Shown here: positions 1-6,210 of the stretch, piece by piece
Position numbering within the stretch: the first letter of the stretch is position 1
How the letters are laid out: each line of letters opens with the position of its first letter
Source of the DNA: an uncultured Desulfovibrionaceae bacterium
GTDB lineage: Bacteria; Desulfobacterota; Desulfovibrionia; Desulfovibrionales; Desulfovibrionaceae
DNA length: 25,792 nucleotides
Direction of reading: 5' to 3'
Assembly: GCA_947074125.1 (NCBI GenBank)
Contig: CAMTOM010000001.1
Span: 1-25,792, forward strand
Notes under the pieces: generated by a model
What the model saw: the letters and a program-made list of their open reading frames with translations, nothing else
Databases searched by the model: none
Told to the model about the DNA's origin: nothing
Made by a program: the position numbers and the translations under genes

Positions 1-2
1 TC

Positions 3-599
3 ACACTCCCAGAACTCCAAATACAGCGCGGCGCAGCTATTGCGTTAACAGGCCCCAATGGAGCAGGAAAAAGCACACTTTTGCGCATTCTTGCCTTTCT
101 TGAATCCCCCACAAAAGGCGAACTCGATTTTTTTGGCACACCAGGTGTGCCCTTCAGGCGCGAAGTCACACTCTTGTTACAGGAGCCCTACCTGCTCCAT
201 CTGTCTGTTTTTGACAATGTGGCATATGGATTGAAAATTCGTGGTGAACGCCATTTAACCGATCGCGTTTTTACCGCACTGGACAGCGTTGGTCTGCCTC
301 CCGAATCTTTTCACCACCGCCAGCGCCACGAACTTTCTGGCGGTGAAAAACAGCGTGTTGCCCTTGCCGCACGCCTGATTTTGCGCCCACTCGCCCTGCT
401 CCTTGATGAACCCACCTCAAATCTCGATGCGCAAAGTATTGACGCCATCCACAGAGCAGTGATCCAGGCAGTTGGCGCAGGCACAACCGTCATCGTTGCC
501 AGCCACGACCATGCCTGGCTTGATACATTAAATGCCCGCCGGATACACCTGCACCCCAAAGAAGAGCACACCTCTTCTCTTTCTTCTGCACCCGCATAG
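3..599 (+). CDS. ABC transporter ATP-binding subunit, 5'-truncated by the window edge (TupC/tungstate-type by overall appearance)
   Basis: The frame is open from base 3, upstream of the ORF-track start at 81. Walker A GPNGAGKST is at 51-77, followed by Q-loop LLLQEP, signature LSGGEKQR, Walker B/D-loop LLLDEPTSNLD and H-switch ASHD. The tungstate assignment is recalled resemblance only. Confidence 0.92.
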   Translation, partial: TLPELQIQRGAAIALTGPNGAGKSTLLRILAFLESPTKGELDFFGTPGVPFRREVTLLLQEPYLLHLSVFDNVAYGLKIRGERHLTDRVFTALDSVGLPPESFHHRQRHELSGGEKQRVALAARLILRPLALLLDEPTSNLDAQSIDAIHRAVIQAVGAGTTVIVASHDHAWLDTLNARRIHLHPKEEHTSSLSSAPA

Positions 600-651
600 C
601 AAGCACCTCCTCCCTCACGCGCCTATTCCTTTCTGCAAATGAAAGACATCC

Positions 652-680
652 TTGCCTTAACATACATTTCACTGTATACT
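652..680 (+). promoter_or_regulatory. sigma70-type promoter for the yedE leader (predicted TSS about 687)
   Basis: TTGCCT (652-657), 17-bp spacer, TATACT (675-680). Confidence 0.7.
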
Positions 681-731
681 ACTGCTGCTTGATGCTTTTT
701 GCGTCCTGCATCCTACTACAGAGGTAATGGC

Positions 732-839
732 ATGTTTTTCCTGATGAACTGACACAAAGCTGCGCTTCACGGTGTGAAGTGTGTACAGGGGCGTGTGGCA
801 CGTTGGGAAGCTGTTATTTTTCCTCTGCCTTCCTTCTGA
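732..839 (+). CDS. candidate leader peptide: MFFLMN (6 aa) if UGA750 is a stop, or MFFLMN-U-HKAALHGVKCVQGRVARWEAVIFPLPSF (35 aa) if read as selenocysteine
   Basis: SD GAGGT (721-725) lies 6 nt before ATG732. In-frame TGA at 750-752 is followed by a SECIS-like hairpin, and the next stop is TGA 837-839. The uORF is in the same frame as yedE. Confidence 0.35.
750..783 (+). promoter_or_regulatory. bacterial SECIS-like hairpin downstream of an in-frame UGA
   Basis: UGACACAAAGCUGCGCUUCAC-GGU-GUGAAGUGUG. The stem GCGCTTCAC (762-770) pairs with GTGAAGTGT (774-782) using two G-U pairs. Loop GGU is at positions 22-24 counting U of UGA as 1, as in E. coli fdhF. Confidence 0.4.
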
Positions 840-992
840 TTTGCTCTGCCTATCACAAACGTTCCCCCTTTTCCTGTTCATGTTTCCGGTCATCCTCCTT
901 CTTTGAGAGTTGACCCCTTGATCACTACGCTTTGCCTGTCTTCAGGAAAGATGTCCTGGGCATTCCGCCCACATGTCTTTTATGGAGGAAGT

Positions 993-2087
993 ATGAAAAG
1001 CCTACGCAACATTTTTGTCTCACCAGCAGGCATCATTCTTACAGGAGCCATCATTGGTCTTCTGGCCATATTATTGCAGCATTATGGCAATCCGGGCAAT
1101 ATGGGTATCTGCGTTGTCTGCTTCAATCGCGATATTGCAGGAGGTATCGGTCTGCACCGCGCCTCTGTTGTCCAGTATCTTCGACCGGAAATCATGGGAA
1201 TGCTGCTTGGAGCTTTTGTCGCAGCGCTTTTCTTCGGTGACTTTCGCGCCAGAGGAGGCTCCTCCCCTATCACGCGCTTTTTGCTCGGTGTTATTGCCTC
1301 TATAGGTGCTCTTGTCTTTTTGGGATGCCCCTGGCGCGCTATCCTGCGACTGGCTGGAGGAGACGGCAATGCCCTTTTCGGATTTGCGGGTATTTTTGTT
1401 GGCGTAGGCATTGGCACACTTTTCTTCCGTCAGGGATTTTCTTTGGGGCGCAATACCACACAGCACCGCGCTTCCGGTTTTGTCATGCCACTTATCATGC
1501 TTGCTCTTGTCCTGCTCTATCTTCTCTACCCCCCCATCGCAGGACAGGAAAAAAATGGCGTTCTTTTTTACTCCCTAAAAGGGCCTGGAGCCGCGCATGC
1601 TCCTTTTCTTCTCTCCATTGGCATAGGTCTGCTTGTTGGTTTTCTGGCACAGCGCAGCCGTTTTTGTACCATGGGAGCCATACGTGATGTCATACTGTTC
1701 CGGCACTGGCATCTGGCACTGGGGCTGGCAGCCATGCTTCTGGCAGCGCTTGTGGCAAATGTCGCACTGGGCAGCTTCAAGCCAGGATTTGAAGGACAGC
1801 CCATCGCCCACACCCAAAGCCTATGGAATTTTCTGGGCATGGTCACAGCCGGACTCGCCTTTGCCCTCGCCGGAGGCTGCCCGGGCCGCCAGATCTTTAT
1901 GGCTGGTGAAGGCGATAACGACGCGGCAGTCTTTATTCTGGGATTGATTGTTGGTGCAGCACTGTCACATAACTTTGATATGGCAAGCAGTCCGGCAGGC
2001 ATTGCAGCCAATGGCGCGGTTGCTGCCATCGGTGGTCTGGTTATCTGTCTTCTTATTGGAATAACAAATATAAGGAGGGGCGCATAA
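993..2087 (+). CDS. yedE: YedE/YeeE-family membrane protein (putative selenium/thiosulfate transporter subtype)
   Basis: SD GGAGGA (984-989) supports ATG993 over the track start at 903. The protein is multi-TM and Gly-rich, with motifs GNPGNMGICVVCFNRDIAG, QYLRPEI, LGCP, SRFCTMG and GGCPGRQ. Confidence 0.88.
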   Translation: MKSLRNIFVSPAGIILTGAIIGLLAILLQHYGNPGNMGICVVCFNRDIAGGIGLHRASVVQYLRPEIMGMLLGAFVAALFFGDFRARGGSSPITRFLLGVIASIGALVFLGCPWRAILRLAGGDGNALFGFAGIFVGVGIGTLFFRQGFSLGRNTTQHRASGFVMPLIMLALVLLYLLYPPIAGQEKNGVLFYSLKGPGAAHAPFLLSIGIGLLVGFLAQRSRFCTMGAIRDVILFRHWHLALGLAAMLLAALVANVALGSFKPGFEGQPIAHTQSLWNFLGMVTAGLAFALAGGCPGRQIFMAGEGDNDAAVFILGLIVGAALSHNFDMASSPAGIAANGAVAAIGGLVICLLIGITNIRRGA

Positions 2088-2305
2088 TGACTTCACACAT
2101 TGATACCTGTGGTCTTTCCTGTCCACAACCCGTTCTTTTGTTTCTGACAGCATTGCGCAAAACAGAAGCAAAAGAGTTTGATGTGCTTGTCGATAATGAA
2201 GTCAGCCGAGAAAACGTCACACGCGCTGCCGAAAATCACGGATGCCATGTCACGGCACATCAGGAAGGCAATGACGTCACCCGACTTCATATTGCAAAAA
2301 ACTGA
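2087..2305 (+). CDS. yedF: TusA/SirA/YedF-family sulfur (selenium) carrier
   Basis: 72 aa with N-terminal IDTCGLSCPQP (CPxP motif), followed by VLVDN..SRENV. SD AAGGAGG at 2072-2078; TAATG stop/start overlap with yedE. Confidence 0.85.
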   Translation: MTSHIDTCGLSCPQPVLLFLTALRKTEAKEFDVLVDNEVSRENVTRAAENHGCHVTAHQEGNDVTRLHIAKN

Positions 2306-2321
2306 AATAGCCTTACCCTTT

Positions 2322-2356
2322 TCCTCTCCATGAAAGAATGTCTTTCATGGAGAGGA
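2322..2356. repeat. perfect 16-bp inverted repeat with 3-nt loop
   Basis: TCCTCTCCATGAAAGA-ATG-TCTTTCATGGAGAGGA, 16 nt after the yedF stop. No U-tract follows it on either strand. Confidence 0.9.
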
Positions 2357-2562
2357 TGGCTGGCTTCACAAACAGATACAGCAGCAAATACGGCCATGCT
2401 TACAGAGAGTTACACAATATATCCCTCTCACAAACGCAGTACGGCATTCCATTTTAGAAAAGCTTTCCAGCAACATCAGAGATATACAAATACAGACATA
2501 AGAGATACGCTCTAAAGAGCATAGTATATTTTTCTGAAAAGAATGTTGCCAGAGGAATCAGT

Positions 2563-3132
2563 ATGGATATACTCCAAAAGATACGTACCTTTCTGGGCTT
2601 CTCCCCATCAAGCAGCACGCAGGGGATTTCCAGCAAGGGAATGCTCGTCTTTTCGCATACAGGCGAGGTCATTCGCGCAGAGCAGGTACTTTTGGATGCA
2701 GGCTTTTGTGTGGAAGTCAAAGGCCCACCGCCAGAATTGCGGACAGGGTGCGATATGATCGTTCTTTTTCCTTTACTGGAAGAAGTTGCGATACTTCAGA
2801 CTCTTGCACAGGCAGGACTTACACCGGATCAGACTGCGCCAGTGCAGGATACGCTGCTGGAGCCTGTATCTCTTTTTCACTGTGTTGATTTTGACAAATG
2901 GTTTATGGTGCGTGCTGCCAATATGAAAATTACTGCTGACAAGGAAAGCGGACGCATCGTCAATATTTCTGGAGGCGGATGCCCTGATGTTCCCTATCTG
3001 GCAAACCTTCTCACAGGACTGGATGTACGAACAGCACCAGAACCACGGACACTCGGTCATACTCTTTGCTGTTACAGCCTTCAAAAAGCTTTTGAAGAGC
3101 TGCGTCGCCATCTTCCTAAAGCCATACCGTGA
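2563..3132 (+). CDS. DUF3343 (putative Se/S-carrier)-domain protein with an additional Cys-containing C-terminal domain
   Basis: SD GAGGA (2552-2556). The N-half has F.HT.EVIRAE..L..AG..V...PPP.LRTGCD (DUF3343-like); the C-half has ISGGGCPDVPYLA and TLCCYSL. Confidence 0.75.
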   Translation: MDILQKIRTFLGFSPSSSTQGISSKGMLVFSHTGEVIRAEQVLLDAGFCVEVKGPPPELRTGCDMIVLFPLLEEVAILQTLAQAGLTPDQTAPVQDTLLEPVSLFHCVDFDKWFMVRAANMKITADKESGRIVNISGGGCPDVPYLANLLTGLDVRTAPEPRTLGHTLCCYSLQKAFEELRRHLPKAIP

Positions 3133-4016
3133 AACAGAATTCTTCGTTATGGCTTCTCGCGGGCACACTGCCTGATAGCACAATGCCACTGGAATACGGT
3201 CAGTACGACTGTGATGGCACACATCTCCTGTTGCCTTCTGGCAAACGTGTTTCCATTGTACGCGGCACAGCGGCTCTTGCTGGCGCCACAGCGAGGCTTT
3301 GTCGGCTTTGGGGGCTTCCCCTCCCACAGATTCTCCTGGGAGGCGATGAGGGAAAAGGAAATGGCAGTCGGGAAGTCTATGCCTGTCTTGAAACACATCT
3401 CGCAACAATCAAGCCACAGGGAATAACCTTCCACTATCTTTTTCCCGATGTTGACGGGCACAATCGTGTACTTATGGCACTGCAGGCACTCCAGCCATCC
3501 CCACTCACAGTAGCGGATGCCGGATTCATGTATGTGGCGAAAATGAGTGGCTATGCCAGCAACTATACCATTTTCACACCAGATGCGGGCGAAATGGCTT
3601 TTCTTGCCGATGAAAACGCGCCCCATCCTTTCTACACACGAGGATTTTTATTAGGGAACGAAAGCACGCTTCCAGCCCTGCTCAGCAGAGCGCATTCACA
3701 TGGCAACAGCGCGCAATACGTTCTTCTCAAAGGATCTTCTGACTACATCGCACATGCAGGAGAAATACGACATTGCGTCCATGAACCTTCCGTACCTGCC
3801 ATGGAGTGCATTGGCGGCACAGGAGATCTTATCACCGCCTTTGTCACCGCCTTTCTCATGCGTGGTGACGCTCCAGAGCAGGCCTGTCTCCATGCCGCGC
3901 AACTCAATCGTTTACTGGCTGCTATCGCGCAACCCACACCAGCCACACAGGTGGGAGAACTCCTCACCGCGCTCCCCGAAGCTCTTCAAAGGCTTGAATC
4001 GGAAAAGGCCTCATAA
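3129..4016 (+). CDS. ribokinase-fold carbohydrate-kinase / NAD(P)HX-dehydratase-like protein (divergent)
   Basis: Motifs VADAG, FTPDAGE, VLLKG and anion-hole IGGTGD. GTGA overlap with the upstream gene. Confidence 0.75.
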   Translation: MKQNSSLWLLAGTLPDSTMPLEYGQYDCDGTHLLLPSGKRVSIVRGTAALAGATARLCRLWGLPLPQILLGGDEGKGNGSREVYACLETHLATIKPQGITFHYLFPDVDGHNRVLMALQALQPSPLTVADAGFMYVAKMSGYASNYTIFTPDAGEMAFLADENAPHPFYTRGFLLGNESTLPALLSRAHSHGNSAQYVLLKGSSDYIAHAGEIRHCVHEPSVPAMECIGGTGDLITAFVTAFLMRGDAPEQACLHAAQLNRLLAAIAQPTPATQVGELLTALPEALQRLESEKAS

Positions 4017-4069
4017 CTGCCAGAGCACAGCACCGCCACACGACATATACCAGCCGCTGCCCTAAATAC

Positions 4070-5023
4070 TTATAGCTCCCGTCGGCGCAAAAGAAAGTAA
4101 AGACGAAATATCATGGGAAAACAAAAAGATGGGAGCCACGTGACCCACCATAACAGGCGATGCTTGCGCAAAAAAAGGCTTGGACGCAGCACGGTACGCG
4201 CCGCTTTTCCTTCTCCATCCCTCCAAAGTCCGACCGCTTCCTGAAAGTCTGCCCGCCTGAGCATTGCTTCTTTCACATTCGCATACTGCTCTGCAAAATG
4301 AGGATACAACTCTTCATATTTACGCACTATCTGTCGCGTTTCCTGAGCCCACAATGCGCTTTTGCGCATAGATTCATTGTTTCCATGCACCCGCCAGCGC
4401 GTCAGCACTTCAGGTAGATAGCCAATCTCGTGTAGATAGGCCAGGCGATAAAAAACGTCTGCTTCTTCGCATAGCTGCAACTGCATATCAAAAACAGCGC
4501 CCCCGCTATCCAGCTTCTCCAGCATATCCCTGCGCAACAATACTGAAGACATCGTGATCCATTGCCCCAAAAGAAGTTCGCGAAAAACCTGTCCACTTCG
4601 GGGCGTGCTGCGCGCAAAAACACGCCCCAGCACAAGCGATCCAGAAAAAATCTCTGTATCTGTACATACCAGCGCCCATGCCGGATTGTTTTCCATCGCT
4701 GCTACCTGTAATGCCAGCTTTTGGGGCAGCCAAACATCATCGCAATCCAAAAAAGCGATGTATCGTCCCCTTGCCTCACGCAAGGCGCAATTGCGCGCAG
4801 CACCTAATGGCAGACATTCAGATCCATAGCAGTAACGCATCGGAACACCAAAAGCTTTGGCAATACTCGCGCTGTTATCCGTTGAGGCATTATCCCAGAA
4901 AATAATTTCGTAATCCGTGAATGTCTGCATCCGCACAGAACACAAGGCTTCCTCAAGTGTCGCGGCACCATTATGACAATTCATAATGATAGAGACAGCA
5001 GGTATGGCAGAAGGATTGTGCAT
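4070..5023 (-). CDS. glycosyltransferase family 2
   Basis: VSIIMNCHNG..LEEALCSVRMQTF.DYEIIFWDNASTD, GAARN, YIAFLDCDD (DxD) and EEAD. Confidence 0.93.
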   Translation of the reverse strand: MHNPSAIPAVSIIMNCHNGAATLEEALCSVRMQTFTDYEIIFWDNASTDNSASIAKAFGVPMRYCYGSECLPLGAARNCALREARGRYIAFLDCDDVWLPQKLALQVAAMENNPAWALVCTDTEIFSGSLVLGRVFARSTPRSGQVFRELLLGQWITMSSVLLRRDMLEKLDSGGAVFDMQLQLCEEADVFYRLAYLHEIGYLPEVLTRWRVHGNNESMRKSALWAQETRQIVRKYEELYPHFAEQYANVKEAMLRRADFQEAVGLWRDGEGKAARTVLRPSLFLRKHRLLWWVTWLPSFCFPMIFRLYFLLRRREL

Positions 5024-5041
5024 GACGATCTGACTGGACAG

Positions 5042-6187
5042 TTAAAGGCGGGCAAGTACACTGCGACACTGCAAGCAGATATATTTGATATCCTCTTCAG
5101 AAAGAAGAGGATGCAGTGGCAGGGAAAGAAGGCTGGCGTAAAGCTCTTCTGTTACGGGAAGCTGGGGTATGCCATGACCAAAACGAGCCAGCAGGTGATT
5201 GGGCTTATAATGTATCCCTGTTTCAATACCCTGCTGTGCGAGTGCATCGCGCAAGGCGTCCCTGCGCCCATTGAGAACCTGCACAGGAAAAATATGCGGT
5301 ACGATACTATCGCCTTCATCTTCATACAACAAGCACAAGGCCGATTCCTGAGACAGATACTGACGGTAGAGAGCCGCCAGTTGACATCGTTTGTGCGCAA
5401 AGCCTGTCGTGAAACGCGATAACTGCACACGCCCAATTGCCGCCATAATATTACTCATATGATAACGCCAGCCCTGACGCTCTACCTGCATATCCCAGGT
5501 ACGCTGTCCGGCAAAGCGTTTGCTGGTATCCTGCCGTACCCCCAGCAAACGGGCATCACGACAGCATTCCAAAAGCTGGGCATCACAACTGACAATGGCA
5601 CCGCCTTCACCAGAAGTCATATTTTTTATGCCATCAAAACTAAAACACGTAATATCACCAAAACTGCCGACTTTTCGCCCCTGATGCTGTGAACCAAAGG
5701 CATGTGCGGCATCTTCAATACAGCGCAATCCATGATGGGCAGCAAAGGCATGTACGTGAGAAAGCTCATAGGGATTACCTGCGTACAGCGCAGGCATAAT
5801 CGCGACAGTGCGGGACGTCAGGCGGGCAGCAGCATCATTCAAATCCAGCAGGCATGTACGGGGGTCAACCTCACACGGCACAGGAACACAACCTGCCGCA
5901 CATACTGCCTGAAAAGCCGCTACATATGTTAATGAGGGCAACAATACCTCGCCCCCCTGGGGCAAAGCACACTCCAAAGCCAAATGCAAGGCGGCTGTTC
6001 CTGATGACACAGTAACAACCTGTGTTGCATCCATACCAAGCCAGCACGCCAGCTCTTCTTCAAAGCAGCGGACTTCCTGTCCCATGCCAAGATAGCCATC
6101 TTCCAGCAACACTCTGGCGACAGCATCCGCTTCTTCAGTTCCCACAACAGAGCGCGAAAGGCGTATGGCAACAGCATCTTTACTCAT
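5042..6187 (-). CDS. DegT/DnrJ/EryC1/StrS-family PLP-dependent sugar aminotransferase
   Basis: SSGTAALHLAL, IEDAAHAFG, FSFDGIKNMTSGEGG (PLP lysine), GWRYHMSNIMAAIG, GIHY and LSLPLHP. Confidence 0.95.
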   Translation of the reverse strand: MSKDAVAIRLSRSVVGTEEADAVARVLLEDGYLGMGQEVRCFEEELACWLGMDATQVVTVSSGTAALHLALECALPQGGEVLLPSLTYVAAFQAVCAAGCVPVPCEVDPRTCLLDLNDAAARLTSRTVAIMPALYAGNPYELSHVHAFAAHHGLRCIEDAAHAFGSQHQGRKVGSFGDITCFSFDGIKNMTSGEGGAIVSCDAQLLECCRDARLLGVRQDTSKRFAGQRTWDMQVERQGWRYHMSNIMAAIGRVQLSRFTTGFAHKRCQLAALYRQYLSQESALCLLYEDEGDSIVPHIFPVQVLNGRRDALRDALAQQGIETGIHYKPNHLLARFGHGIPQLPVTEELYASLLSLPLHPLLSEEDIKYICLQCRSVLARL

Positions 6188-6210
6188 ATTCAGGTTCCGC
6201 CACGCCTCTC

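Noticed and set aside
727-747. Alternative mini-ORF MACFS ending in tandem TGA TGA
   Set aside because: The SD (GAGG 721-724) is only 2 nt from ATG727, whereas ATG732 has ideal spacing.
796-811. sigma54-like TGGCACG...GC
   Set aside because: The GC falls one base too far from the GG and the TTGC is missing.
903-930. TGAGA...ACCC...TGATC, reminiscent of a TPP riboswitch
   Set aside because: The conserved GAACCTGA segment and the P1/P2 helices are absent.
732-992. The uORF is in frame with yedE, so double UGA read-through (750 and 837) would give an 87-aa N-terminal extension of YedE
   Set aside because: TGA837 has no hairpin behind it, the extension is Pro-rich and not protein-like, and yedE has its own strong SD at 984-989.
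2356-2457. 33-codon ORF starting at the end of the 16-bp palindrome
   Set aside because: The SD is only 3 nt away and is sequestered in the stem, and there is no other support.
2303-2515. yedF TGA is followed in frame by the 61-aa ORF 2330..2515 (possible Sec read-through)
   Set aside because: TusA-family proteins normally end here, the extension is low-complexity, and the downstream stem lacks a G-initiated loop at SECIS distance.
4070-6187. DegT plus GT2 as an arnBC (L-Ara4N lipid A modification) pair
   Set aside because: No arnA/arnD/arnT nearby, and the GT2 looks like a soluble sugar transferase rather than a two-TM ArnC.
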